A stretch of DNA of 49,437 nt, filler included, from Jimgerdemannia flammicorona (lineage: Eukaryota): NCBI GenBank assembly GCA_003990765.1. It is 2 parts of 2 records of this genome, joined end to end, with 100 filler letters (N's around TTAATTAATTAA, not from the genome) between each part and the next. Parts side by side here need not be neighbours in the genome. Positions count along the whole stretch, not along the records: positions 1 to 24,671 come from RBNJ01000944.1; 1 more part is not named here. One strand, given 5' to 3'. Position 1 is the stretch's first letter, and every line of letters begins with the position of its first letter. The notes beneath the pieces were generated by a model. That model did not search any database. It was given only the letters and a program-made list of their open reading frames with translations, and was not told the origin of the DNA. A program made the position numbers and the translations under genes. This document shows, piece by piece, positions 1 through 12,319 of this stretch.

Positions 1-113
1 AAAAAAAAAAAAAAAAAAAAAAAAAACCGATTCAGCACGCGTATTGTAATAGCCAAGATGAGCAGGGTGGATTTTACAGAAATGTACAAATGGAAAGAAA
101 TGCGGTGGGTCAC

Positions 114-1066
114 CTTGAAGAACTTGCTCTTTGTAATGACTTCCTTCATCACTTCGCCTTTTGATTTTTTGTGCCCTTCGGCGTCCACTTCGCTTGGGGG
201 TTCGACGAAACCGCCAAAATGGGAGCGCGAAACGGTTTCATTGTCGATCGTGCCTGTTTCAAAGTTATACGAAGGTTAAAAAAATCAAGTGCAAAAACGG
301 CAAACATTGATCTCTCTCCATTGATATTGGCAACCGCCTTCACATTCACCATTACAACAATCTCTTCACGATAACGAAGACCAAGAAATACGAAAATGGC
401 AACGCACCCTTATCATCCTCATCACTCAGCCCCAGATCTGCCTCGTCAAAATCGTCAATGTTCGCCAGCGACTGCCCATAGTGGGTCAGGTCCTCATCAT
501 CGTCCAGATTAAATAGAGTCCCTCCACGCGCCCTCTTCTGCTTCTCGCGCGTGAAGCGCTCGAGCATGCGCTCCTCGGCGGTAAGAGTGGGGTCGTTCTC
601 GCCGAACCGACGATCCACAATACCGCCAGCCTTGTTCTTACGGTTCATCTCCACGAGGAGGGTTTTTTTGCGCTGGAGGATGCGAGATTATGCGAGAGCA
701 GTCCAATTGATGTCTATGGGATGAGGGAAACAAGGCGAAGGACAGGCGGCAAATCCAAAAGCGCAGGCTCAGACTTACGTTGTCGTCGCCGACCTGCTTG
801 GTTAACGTGGGCCTACCGACGCTGCCTTTTACGCGACGCCCCAGTATGTCAAACTTTGTGTGAGTGGTCTTCATTTCGAAAGGGTTCATTTGGTGTTTGA
901 TGGCGTCGAGCTTGCGGGCCACATCGTTCCGGTTTGCGGCGTCGTTCGGCTTCCCTTTCTTGCGATCCTTTTTCGATGTGGAGGCGCGCGAACCCGGGCC
1001 GATGGCTCCAGCTGCCTTGAGCGAGGATTTTAGACGCTTCAGCGCAGATGCCTTTGAGGAGCTCAT
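114..1066 (-). CDS. NOP14: Nucleolar protein Nop14 (SSU processome), 5' part; exons 1066-779, 672-408, 253-114; continues beyond window start
   Basis: Spliced translation [13 protein letters not shown]...NPFEMK...KFDILGR...GRPTL...[47 protein letters not shown]...[16 protein letters not shown]...HFGG...[18 protein letters not shown] matches Nop14 N-terminal motifs. GT-AG introns 778-673 and 407-254 keep the frame; the third donor is at 113. Confidence 0.93.
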
Positions 1067-1235
1067 GGCGAAGAGGGGGGGGGGTGGGTGCGGGTGCGAG
1101 ATGGGTAGGAGCGAGGTGCGAGGTGGTGTGTCCAAGCCACCCATAAAAAATAATTCATGATGACGTAAACACATAACTGAAGTATGTATTTAAAATGCCA
1201 TTACAAAAGCAGTGGCCTGAGACCCTGCTACAGAC

Positions 1236-2650
1236 ATGGATGCACTGCATCTTTTGTCGCCCACTTATTATAATAATAATTCGGCTTCATTCAAAGATTT
1301 GTGGGCGATCATTAACGTAACCGTACGAGTTATTGCGCAGCAGGGACATCTCAATTATTTTTTATTGGAGTTCGTGCCATTGATAGAGGAACTCGATCCG
1401 TTATCCCATGGGTTCCTTTTGACACTGTTGTCGGGCAATCTGCCTACATCTGCTATTACATTCCTGTTCGCCGTTGATGGTGGTTCTGATAATACTGAGC
1501 CCTAGCGCTACACCACTGGAGCAGCCGCCAGTTCACTGCCACACACCACCCTCTTCACATGCACTGGTGCCGGTGGAAGCACTTTTCGACATGTTCGATT
1601 GCGGTGATATCATTGAAGATGGTCCAGTTACTGGAGAGAAGAGATCTCGAGAAAGCAGCGAAGAGGATGTTGACATGAGTGGAGAGGTAGTATCCACCCC
1701 AGTGGTACCTGCCGACAAACCCCAGGCTGGTGAACCGGCACAGATACTCGAATCACCAAAAAAAGGCAGAGGCAGGCCCAATAAGCCTTGCAGGAAACGT
1801 AGAAAACAGTCCCTGGGTAGCAAAAAACAAACGTCTTTGGGTGATACCACGGGTGCTACGGATGATACAGATTCTGAAGGTGAGTCTGGGTGAACCTTCA
1901 AGATTTGTTGACCCAATGTGTGTTTATTTGGTTCGTTAAACTGAGTCCCTTTTTTTTTAAAAAAAAGACATATCAAATGCCTCGTTTGACGAGGCAGAAT
2001 TCTTCGGAGCGATTGCTGACGCGCGAGAACGTGCCCAGAGTCTGATCTTTGACCCAAACCCCGCGCGGATAGGCCCAATTACCGATGAGATATCTATTGC
2101 CGATCTTGAGCATGCTTTAAAAACGAACATTGACAATGACGCCAAAAGTAATGCTCAAAAGATTCTTATCCGATTTTTGTTGGGAGCGCGTGTTGAACGT
2201 ATTACGCAGGAGATAACTGGGGTCGAACCCAGCAGGACACTACGTAAGCTGAAGCTCGAGACCGAATACTGTGAAGAGGCTGGCATACTTCATTCATCGA
2301 ATACTAAAAACCATATACAAAGATCTCGTATTGTTTACACAGCCCTGAAATCCCTCCCCCTAAATGTAATCCCGGCTATTCAAAACGTTAATGTATCGGA
2401 ATTGTATAAGCTTGGTCTTGCCAAAGCTCGGGACATCTGTAATCAACTTTCAACCCTGATAGATGAATAAACCTGGCTATGTTCGTAAAGGGACTTGAAA
2501 GGCAGTGTAAACAACAGGAGATCCTCGTATATGATTTCGATGTATCCGTGATTACTGACAAAGACCGTTTGCAGAGGATATATGGGGCGTGCTGCAACAA
2601 AACCAGACAAAGTGAACATCGAGCAATTGTGGCTTTGGTGGTTGAAAAGA
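1236..2650 (+). pseudogene. Hypothetical multi-exon gene (acidic/basic linker with KKGRGRP AT-hook-like motif, then helical domain), disrupted and 3'-truncated
   Basis: ORF segments ~1506-1879 and 1968-2650 are joined in frame by phase-1 intron 1880-1967 (GTGAGT...AAAG). There is an in-frame TAA at 2468-2470 with the frame continuing afterwards. The gene abuts the AT-rich block at ~2650; the first exon is uncertain. Confidence 0.5.
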
Positions 2651-2652
2651 CA

Positions 2653-3700
2653 CTATTTTCCTTGCCTCTTGGCAGGCCTCCTCATTAACATCCAGCATAC
2701 CATCGCTGTTATCCCAGCCATAGCCAAGATGGCTGGTATTAGCCATAAAGATGATATTTTTCTTTCTAATTCAGTTGTTTTCCTACCTCAGATTTTAGCA
2801 TAACCTTCAGGATCACGGAGTTTTTCGGCAATATGTTCGCTTTCCATAGTGCCTGAAATTTTGTTATCAGTAGGTCGTGCTTCATTTGGTAGTCATCACT
2901 TTTGCAGTTTGTATCTAGGAAATAAACCAACTACCAGCTCAGAATTACGATAATTATTAACAAAAGCTGCAGGAGTTTTTGATTCTTCATTTTTAAGATT
3001 TCACTCTTCTCAAAGTCAAATTTTAACAGTGAAATCATGACAAGCATCTTTATCTTCCATCTTCTGCATTAACTCTTTGAGCATTTCACCAATTTCTTTT
3101 CAAGTTTCTTGGTTGATAGCATTAATATCATTAGGTAAGTGAGCCTTGGTGGAGATGTCTGTAATTCCCATATTAGCATATAACTTAGCCACTATTTCAC
3201 TCTTTTTAGCAATCACTCTATTCTGATCTGACTGGAGAGCTGTTGTAATTTATTTGGCATTTTCTTCTATATAGTAATGTCAATTATTTTTTCAATCTGT
3301 CTCAACATTGCCCCAATACTTCTTTTACTTAGGCACTACCTGCATATAAAAATGAGGAGGTTTGTTGACTCCTGACAGTTTTCCAATAGGAATTTCTAAG
3401 AAATAACCTACTGAATGATAAACCTTATCAATTTTTTTGATACTATCTTTTAAGACTGGCAATATATCTACTCATTCTTGATCAGTTAAACCCCTTAAAT
3501 CTTTTATATGATGTTTAGTAATTACTACTATATGAGCTTTAATATTAGGGTGATAATTAACTGAAAAAAAAAACAGTTCTACCCAGATCAGATAATCAGT
3601 TTTTGAGTTGGTTCTTTTGTAAAGAAAAGCAAGCTTTTACACAGATCATATATTTTTTTTTTCTGATATAGCAGTAATAATTAATTTTTAATAAGAGTAG
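2653..3700 (-). pseudogene. Intron-less tandem HIT-family (histidine triad) hydrolase with C-terminal membrane anchor; reads best with TGA=Trp
   Basis: Minus frame ...NYHPNIKAHIVVITKHHIKDLRGLTDQE(TGA)VDILPVLKDSIKKIDKVYHSVGYFLEIPIGKLSGVNKPPHFYMQVVPK... follows the HIT pattern (P..GH..VIPK.H..DL..LT..EW; G...G....H.H.H/Q..P). A second degenerate copy reads HLPNDINAINQET(TGA)KEIGEMLK...LVVGLFPRYK. The C-terminus is hydrophobic: SLWLIPAILAMAGITAMVCWML-RRPAKRQGK, TAG at 2655-2653. The frame holds 10 TGA and 2 TAA; homopolymer frameshifts occur above ~3560. Confidence 0.75.
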
Positions 3701-4505
3701 ATATTACATTTTAAATTATTATTAGAAAAAAACACACATTTTTTCTAAGAAACTATTAGTAATATTAAATCAAAATTGTTTGCTATTTATAATAATCATT
3801 TTACTTATTTATTATCACTAGATACTGATAGTTTTGAATAAGTAATATCTTTGAATTTATCTTTCACAAATGGACAAATATTATAATAAAGATATTCTTG
3901 CTATTTTTATTTTATCAGAGGAGGTATTAATACTGAAAATAGTAAGGCCTTGATTTTTTCTAAGATCTTTGAAACTTCATATTTACTAATCTTTAGTAGC
4001 TTGAATTCTTGGAAAGAACTATTGGCCACTTCTTGGGCTTGGAGTTAGCACTAATAAAAAGAAAATACTGAAACTTTTATATACCTATCAGCTTCCAAAA
4101 ATATGTCACCAAACTACTTAAAATATCTAGATATTGAAAACCTTCTTTATTATTATAATACTGAGCTTTATTTAGTCTGGCAATACTAGACCTTCTCACC
4201 ATATCTATAATGTAATTTACACAATCTACCATAGTCTTATATAATAAAGTTTTTTAATCAGACTAAAGCTACCATTGCACTTAAATTTAATGTCCTGAAA
4301 CTATAAAATTTAATTCAATACTCTCATAATAACTAGCAATCACCAGATATAAGTAAAATCAAAGAGTTAGAAAGAAAAAAAAAAAAAAGTAAAATCAAAG
4401 AGTAGTATTATTTTTGTTTTATCTGCCTATATTATTATAAGTAATTTTAAGTACATTTCACTCTTATTCAATTGTTTAATTCCATCAAAGACTAGGCTAA
4501 GTATA

Positions 4506-7013
4506 CTATTCGGTGGATCTTTTCTTGGCTGGCATCCCACTCACGTTCCCAAAACAACCTCCGATGACATCATCATTGTCATCTGTTCTTTTTCTCCTAC
4601 GTGCTCAAGCATTGGACAGTGCAGCATCATTGGCCTTGTCGCAGATTATTCTCAAAGTAGCCTGATATTAAACAAATACATGGTGAGAAACTGGATGCGC
4701 CTGTTTGTCAGAAGATAATCATAGGGGTATTCACCTTAATGTCAGTCATAACAGTGCAGATCTCCTCCAGACATGCAATGGTTTCAATTGCATTGGGCAT
4801 CTTGGTCCAGTTAAGTCTGCCCAGCTGGCAGACATTTGTACCCTTACAATCCATAGCATAGACATCGTACATCCAGCCTTTTGAACACAGAAAAGAGCAG
4901 CGAAATTATTAGTTACAATGAATCCTACCGATACTAACCAAAGATCACATACCCCAAGATTGGACTCCAAGAACGAACATCTGGTGCAGCTTATCATCAG
5001 GGGTATTTGGATTTGCAGAGAAAAAGGCATATAATATATCTCTCATGGAAACAGCGAGATCTATGCAATCGGTGAATATTTTTTTGCGATGGGCTTCTGG
5101 GAGACCGCCGCTCCGAAGCCCGATGATCGCTTCAACCTTGTCAATACTTGACCTCAAAGTTCCCTTGAAGTCGCGCCTCTGACCGATTTGGGCACGAAGT
5201 ACGACGGATCGCCCTTGATTCCGACGTTGGGCAGATGCCCAGCAACAAATCTCGTCCCTACAGAAAAAGCGTAAGTAAGATACAGAAGTGGATCATGTGC
5301 GTGTGAACAGTCAGGACTTACACTTCCACTTTGAGTTGTTTCCAGTCAAGCAATTTTCTCGCCAGCATATTCGGAAACAAATTATCAAATGCCGCCTCTG
5401 ACATTGGCAGGTCGACTTCTTCGAGATTGTCCGCACTATATTGATTGCCATCAGTATTATTTGATGTCTGAGAAGAAAGAGAGAGAAAAAACTTACTAGG
5501 TCAAAATAGCACGTTTGATGGGGTAAGAATCAACATCATTGATATCCTTCAATACATGTTCAATGTCCCTTGGATTACTCAGGCCACTTCGGATAGTCTA
5601 TGCAAGGATAAATCAGTTAGCTTTATTATTAGATAAAGACCCATCATTACCAGATGTCTGAAATTAAAATGATCAATTCTTCCCAACTACCTCATCAATT
5701 TTGTCAAAGAGGTGGGATACATTGTCCGATATCAGAGTCTCCGAAAGCTTGACTTCTTATCTGAAACTCTGAACCATTTCTGCCCAATCTTCTTTGGTGA
5801 ACAGCACCTTACTTGCAATGCTGTCACCTGTAAGGTCTAAGATGCCCCAGTACGCAAGACTACAGGTACAAAAAGTAATTGGCAAGGCTTCAGGATAAGC
5901 ACGTCAGAAGAATCTAAGCACTCAGAAAATTCACAAACCACTCACTCGTCACACTTCTGCCCATCCGGAAGATCCTTCACGTAGGACTTGAGCACCGAGA
6001 CGACATCTGTGCCACTGGTTAAGATGTAGGGTCTCTTTCGATCTGGTGCTTCTGTAGACTCCAGACGCTCGATGTGGGGACCTCTGACTACGTTGGCCAT
6101 GGCATCGTTCTCCAGTCTTCCACTCACTTGATTTCCATTTTCGTCCTAATAAGCGAAAGTGCAAATGGTTCATAAATAGAATTGATCCAAAGGAGGGCAA
6201 GAATTAAATAAGCAAATGGCTGAAATAACAAACCAAAAGCATCATCGCACAAAAGCTATCACAAAATTTACATGCTGGAATCATCAAGACAAATTGCAAA
6301 AATGTAACTATACCTCTATATCTTCTTGATCATCGTCACTCATGTCATCTTCGTTAATCTCATCAACATCTTCTTCACCCATGTCATCACCAGACTTGTT
6401 TTGTTATATAGCATCACTTGGCTTTCACTTAGTTATTTGAACATCCCATAGTAAAATTCAACACATCTCTGAATTTTCCATTACAAGTTCCTTAACTGTT
6501 CCAGAGTATTTGACTTTACCTGGTTTTTTGTCAATGAACTTATTTCCTCATGGAGATCCAGATTTGTTTGACAGACAGAGTGACGAATGGACAACTATTT
6601 ATATTATTATTAGTATTGAGAGTCTCAAACAGTTCAAATCTATGGCAACTGCATATACCGCTGTCTTTTCTTGCATCCATTGTTCCCAATCTTGCTGAAA
6701 CCTTGTTTCCTAGCCGGAAGAAAGCATAGGCATTAGAATTACTGTTTGGCGACATGACATAGACTTGCAAAGAAAAAAATTATTTAGTTACATACACTGA
6801 GATCCTTTTGTATTTTTTGAAGCTTTTCTGTTATAGCTTGATCCTTGCTTCGCTCCAAGGCAATTGGAGGGTACTTTGATATTTTTCAAAGGCTCGAACT
6901 CGATGTGTTGAAAAGGCGAAGCGAAAGAATTCCAGCGGAGTAGGATTGCAACTATTGGTCATCCAGCCAATGTTCCGTTTTCGCATGGTAGAGTTACTTT
7001 GAGGCTTTGGCAT
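4506..7013 (-). pseudogene. Multi-exon fungal lineage-expanded hypothetical protein with a C-terminal restriction-endonuclease-like (CRN-type) domain, inactivated
   Basis: Starts MPKPQSNST... and has several GT-AG introns. The C-terminal exons read RRDFKGTLRSSIDKVEAIIGLRSGGLPEAHRKKIFTDCIDLAVSMRDILYAFF...FVLGVQSWG, and the last exon ATLRIICDKANDAALSNA*ARRRKR...KKRSTE ends at TAG 4508-4506. Premature stops are consistent with CAA>TAA and CGA>TGA. The domain call is by resemblance only. Confidence 0.55.
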
Positions 7014-7102
7014 TATGAACTTAGCAAAAAAAAAAATAGTGAGAATTTATTGACGAACAAAACTAATAAACAATCACTATAGTGGGCTTTTAACCACTCA
7101 AG

Positions 7103-7276
7103 GCCGGCCACCCCTACACGGTGACTTGCCATTACTGGCTTCCGACAGCTTAGTCTGCCGCAGACGCCTTGTGTGATTAACAAACCCTCACAATACTTCT
7201 TAGCAATGAAATCAGCCGGCCACCCCTACACGGTGACTTGCCATTACTGGCTTCCGACAGCTTAGTCTGCCGCAGA
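7103..7276. repeat. 62-bp perfect direct repeat, two copies (7103-7164, 7215-7276)
   Basis: GCCGGCCACCCCTACACGGTGACTTGCCATTACTGGCTTCCGACAGCTTAGTCTGCCGCAGA is present twice, 112 bp apart. Confidence 0.9.
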
Positions 7277-7991
7277 TGCTTCTTCCATGCTTAACAGAAG
7301 TAGCGGTACATTTATGAGAGGAAAAATTGTTCCTACGTACCCGATCATTGGAGTGAAGAGAGCAAAGTGCGCGGGGGGCGTGGTGTTTGTCTCAAAAAAA
7401 AAAAATCCAGTTACGTCACGTCTTGTTTTGTTGCAGCACGCCCCATATAGTGTACTTTATTAAGTCACTTATATCCTGCGCCTCAGTGACATTTACGAAT
7501 GACGTCAGCCTTCAGGGGGGGTAGTGCATTGCCATTCGCTCATGCAAAAAGAAAAACAGCACGGCGTCACCCAGTATAATGATGATGTCATCACCAAAGC
7601 CACCCGCAATTTTTACGCCTCATCAAAAACAACCCGTCGCGTCTTACTATATCAAACGGACGCACACATTTGAATCTAGCCAGTCGCGGTTTGTCAGATT
7701 TCTCATGTTTTTGCTGATTCATCTGTCTCTAACATACGTTTTTTGCCTTTTGGTTCCAAGCTGACGAGTCTCGCACGCGTTTGCTCCACTTCAGCACCTT
7801 AGACTCGCGAACTCTCTTGATTAAAGTTGTTTGGTAAGTATTGCTGGAGTGCACTGTGTTCACGGCAGAGTAACCTTGTGGGAGATGATTACTTGAGTGT
7901 GAGATTGGGCAGAGACAGTCTTGGTTCGAGAGAGTCAATAGGCACCTTTAGTTTCATCTTTTGCTGACCTTTTTCGATTTTACTGAACAGA

Positions 7992-8165
7992 ATGGCGAGG
8001 ACAAAGCAAACGGCAAAGAAATCGACAGGCGGCCATGCCATGACGCAGCCTCTACAGTTACTGGAAACAAGGTCCTCCAGCCTGACCCCTGCTGGTGCCT
8101 CCGCCCATCCATCGAAATGAAGGAAGACCGGGTCCAAACCCCCACACTACCAAGGTGATGACAAG
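7992..8165 (+). pseudogene. H3-tail-mimic gene, copy 1, first coding exon (downstream exons not found)
   Basis: MARTKQTAKKSTGGHAMTQPLQLLETRSSSLTPAGASAHPSK*RKTGSKPPHYQGDDK, then phase-0 donor AAG|GTATAT at 8166. An acceptor CAG lies just before the ATG. No histone-fold sequence follows. Confidence 0.8.
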
Positions 8166-8217
8166 GTATATATTCTCTCTAGAAAAAAAGCAGGGTTTTG
8201 ATCATCAAGGTCTGCAG

Positions 8218-8573
8218 AGTCCATTTGACACTGCTACATGACTATCTCGTCATCTTTAGTCAATCTGACAAAAGACATGGTGAGATTTCGCTCATATTGT
8301 GGACAGAGTGAAACTCTAGTCAATTTGACCAGTGTTTTCATATACTTCTCCGACACAATTGTGGTATGATGATTTGGATATCAGTGCCATTTTCATTATC
8401 CATCAGTCAATTTGACAGATGGCAATTTGTAGTTTGGGTTAAGGCGAATTCCAGTCAATTTGACAGGTATTCTTAACCCTCATACCATTAAACTGCAATA
8501 CATTGTCCTCAGTCAATTTGACAGACGACATTTTTGCGGTTGAGTTTGAGTCGAACTCCAGTCAATTTGACAG
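8218..8573. repeat. Array of ~7 palindromic cores AGTCAATTTGACAG with semi-variable spacers, inside the intron of H3-tail gene copy 1
   Basis: Cores at ~8218, 8258, 8318, 8405, 8453, 8511 and 8560. GTCAA-T-TTGAC is an inverted repeat, and alternate spacers are related (~106-bp higher-order unit). Confidence 0.85.
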
Positions 8574-8699
8574 GAGTTCATATACCTCATGCACGAAGGT
8601 GTCGGGTGAGGGAAATGATCAGAGGCACCCACTAAATAATTAGTAAAGCTTACCCAACAAAATGAGAGAAAGGGGCCAAAAGATAACATGTGCGCAAAT

Positions 8700-9410
8700 T
8701 CAGTCCCTGTTTATTGTCTCTGTTACAACGAATGATTTTTTACCCTCAAACGCTATCCCAAAAAGCAATTTTTTTTTTACATCATCTGAAACCCCCACCC
8801 AATACTGTTTTTCAATGATCTGATCAAGCGCCGTTTGCGCGAGTGTATCCAGGTTGTTTTCGCGGGCAACCTTGAGCTCCATCACAACCCCAGACAGTGC
8901 GCTCCGCAACTTAGGTTCTGCACGAACATCAAACCGCCCAAGCCCAGCCTCCCGATTGGATCTAACATTGTATCCGCGACGCTGCAGGGCAACAAACAAA
9001 CCCAGACAAAATGCATGGTAGAAAACCTCCGCCTTCTTCCCAGATTCACTCCCGCCAACATTGTGGAATGACAAGCACTCCATAGTCAGACTTTCAAACT
9101 CACGCTTGAATTTCTCGACATCACCCGACACCAACGACTTGAGAAGATCTTCCACCTCTCCAGGATTGCGGAGTGCCGGAACGATCCAGTCGACCCACTG
9201 CTCCGAATTCGGTACGACAAACTGACCGTCCCGGATGGTGAGATAGCCAGCATAGTACAGAAGTGTCCACAGTGCTCGATCGTCATGGACTGCAAGGTCC
9301 CCATAGGACATGTTGTCGCTGAGTATATATTTGACAGGCTTGCGGTCGACCAGATCTGAAACGGCATCCTTGAATTTCTGGCTCGCATTCGAAAGGTGGT
9401 TTTTGATCCT
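8700..9410 (-). pseudogene. C-terminal exon of AAA-ATPase-like / PD-(D/E)xK nuclease (DUF1703/PDDEXK_9-type) protein; upstream exons missing
   Basis: Family motifs LWTLLYYAGYLT, VPNSE, EVFYHAFCLGLF, RSNREAGLGRFDV, VVMELK, ALDQIIEKQY and GIAFEGK are present. The N-terminal part of the 304-aa ORF is intron-like low-complexity sequence. Confidence 0.85.
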
Positions 9411-9517
9411 CCTTTTTTTTTTTAAAAAAAAAAAGGGAATGAATAAATAAAGAAAATAAAATGAGACCCGAGCAACAAATGCGGACAATACACTCAGAAA
9501 ATATGTATAGTGCACCA

Positions 9518-10546
9518 CACTTATACTCAACTTTTTGCTACTCCTTTTTAATGTATTTAATAATAATAATAATAATAACATAAATTGATAGAACATCCTA
9601 TAAAGTTTAATCAAATAGAGAGCTTTTTTTTTATTATTACATATAATATTTTAATAAAAATAGTTTTTTCATTATTTTATAATAGATAATGAGACCGATC
9701 ACAATTTCGGCCTTAAATTAAAGCCAAATCACAAATTACTGGTCACAATTTCAAAGCCATAGGGGCTGAAATTATAGCCAGTTACACATTTTGGCCTTAA
9801 ATCAATTACTAAAATTGCTGAATTCCCCTTCAAGCCAGTCAGTTACTTTAAAAGTAAGCCAGCAAGCTGCTCAAGCCGCTTGTGCTGCTATCACTGAGTC
9901 TTCACCAAGTTCTTCCCAGAAAGAGAACTTGGCAAAGGGGAACTCGGCCTTCATAAAGCTGCTCAACCCAGCCAGTTACACAATTTTGGCCTTAAATCAA
10001 TTACCCTTTTGCCGAATTTCCCTTCAAGCCAGCCAGTTACCTTAAATCGATTGGTAATCAATTTAAGACCAAAATTGTGTAACTGGCTAGGTTGAGTAGC
10101 GAATTCTACTAAGTCACAAATTAATAGTTGCATGTGAACTTATGCTCAATTTTTTGTCACTCCTTTTTGCTACTCCTTTTTAATATATTTAATAATAAAA
10201 AAATAAAAATCATAAATTGATAGAATATCTTATTAAGTTTAATCAAATAGAGAGCTTTTTTTATTATTACATATAATATTTTAATAAAAATGGGTTTTTT
10301 TACTATTTATAATTTAGAATATTACAATATATAAATCCCTTCTCCTCTATATTAGCTATATTAAATAAAAATATTATTAGAAATATATATAGTAAATATT
10401 ATCTATTTTAATCAAATAGAGAGTTTTTTTTATATTTTTTTCTAGTTATAATAATATATAAATTTAAATAATATAGTTATTAGTATTATAATATAGAGAT
10501 ATTGTTACTCACAAAGGCCAAAATTGTGGCCGGTCACAATTTTGGC
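9518..10546. repeat. AT-rich repetitive block: ~165-bp direct repeat (~9520-9685 / ~10140-10310), repeated CACAATTTTGGCCTTAAAT motifs, terminal 12-bp hairpin
   Basis: The duplicated sequence is directly visible. GCCAAAATTGTG-GCCGGT-CACAATTTTGGC at 10517-10546 is a perfect inverted repeat. Probably a non-autonomous TE remnant. Confidence 0.6.
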
Positions 10547-10944
10547 ACTTTTACAAAGCCAAATCGAAATAAATCTGGCTATAGACCTGACCATGAAAAT
10601 GTTAATAACTCTATTAATATACATCCAATTTGGATATACTTTAGCTTGTTGGATCCACCTTTGATATGGGAATCTAGCACAACAAAGATAAATAAATTTG
10701 GAGGTATATTTATAAAGTTATTCACATTTATGTAAAATATCTATTTCATGAGTTTGTTCTCCGGTCAGGTTGGGTTTCAAGTTGCAAGTGTGACGTCTAC
10801 ATTTTATTTCTAACTCAGCTATAAGATCGTTCATCTGTCAATACTGTCAACAATCTTTCTTGATATCTTATAAAATCAAGGTATGTTATATATATATATA
10901 TTATGCAATAAATATAGGGAAGATACCATCCAAAACATCTCCAC

Positions 10945-11172
10945 GTCCCATCTCGTCTCAATCGTCAATCGTCCGTCCCATCCCATCTCGTCTCAATCGT
11001 CAATCGTCCGTCTCGTCTCAATCGTCAATCGTCCGTCCCGTCCCATCTCGTCTCAATCGTCCGTCCCGTCCCATCTCGTCTCAATCGTCAATCGTCCGTC
11101 CCGTCCCATCTCGTCTCAATCGTCCGTCCCATCCCATCTCGTCTCGTCCGTCCCGTCCCATCTCGTCTCAAT
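10945..11172. repeat. Compound microsatellite/minisatellite of CGTCC / CATCT / CGTCT / CAATCGT units
   Basis: Directly visible tandem units ending ~11 bp before the transposase ATG. Confidence 0.9.
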
Positions 11173-11183
11173 AGTCCCACAAA

Positions 11184-12300
11184 ATGCCAAGACTAGCTAA
11201 ACAAAACCAGCACTTACAAGTTCTAAGATACCATAAATTTGAAGAAGAAATTATAGGTAAATATTATTATATAAATAATAATAATAATAATAACAATAAT
11301 AATATATTAATTATAATTATAATTATAATTATAATATAGATAATGACAATGAGAGAGAAGATGAAGATGAAGATGAAGATGAAGATGAAGATGAAGATGA
11401 TAAAGATGATGATGAAAGAGAAGAAGATGAAGATGAAGATGAAGATGAAGATGAAGATGAAGATGAAGAAGATAATGAAGACAAAGATAAAAAAGCTGAC
11501 GGTAGTTGGGAATCTCATATCATTGCACTTCAAGTTCACATGAAGAGTTTAGAGAATCTATCTCTAAATTATATTCTAAAATACACCATATATCACAATA
11601 TATGGTATTTAGAAATAATAATAGGAGTGCTTCTCAAGCTAGTCATCTGATTGCAGAAAGTATCAACAAAGGCTTATATTATGCAAAGCTTTTGAGAAGA
11701 TGGACACAAGATTGGATTGACAACAGAATTCTTCCTATTTCTCAGCAAGGAAGACATACTAAGAAAAAAAAGTCTTCTTGAAGATATAGACATTAAACTT
11801 ATAGTTAAAACTTATTTAGACTTTTTCTATATCAGCAGAGTCTATAAAAATTCATGAAGAAACAGCAAGAAGATGGATGCTAAAGATGGGCTATACTTAC
11901 AGTAGGCGCAGAAAAGGACTTTATGTTGATGGTCATGAAAGAGATGATGTTAAAGTATCTTGTGAACAATTTTTAAAGCAGATGGCTGACTGGAAACCAT
12001 TTATAGTTCAATATGATGAGAATTTTCAACCATTACAACACAGTATTCCTCTTGGACAACAACATATTCTGGTGACACATGATGAGGTTACTTTTAATGC
12101 TAATGATGATCTAAACTATGGATGGGGACCAAAAGGACAATTTCCTCTAAGAAAAAAAAAGTAGAGGTGCTAGTATAATGGTTAGTGATTTTCTTCTGGA
12201 TACTGTTGGAAGACTGGCTATATCTGAAAGACAATACAAGGATATGAAGAGTCCAAAGAAACTTGTTGTCTACTTGAAATTGGACTGGAAATGATCTAAT
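11184..12300 (+). mobile_element. Degraded IS630/Tc1-mariner-like (fungal 'DGHER' type) DDE transposase, 3'-truncated
   Basis: Exon 1 MPRLAKQ... is followed by an intron and an acidic (GAAGAT)n exon. Later segments read YAKLLRRWTQDWI...LPISQQGRH, ETARRWMLKMGYTY...KGLYVDGHERDDV, ILVTHDEVTFNANDD and RGASIMVSDFL...GRL. Frameshifts and stops are present. Confidence 0.8.
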
Positions 12301-12319
12301 AGATCAGGTATATACACAG

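Noticed and set aside
7992..8165. Histone H3 or CenH3 gene
   Set aside because: No histone-fold motifs (e.g. RYRPGTVALREIR, LLIRKLPFQRL) follow in any of the three copies.
10860..11543. ORFs with RPSRPISSQ and MKMKMK/IFIFIF repeats
   Set aside because: Microsatellite translations; only the acidic (ED)n frame plausibly belongs to the transposase gene.
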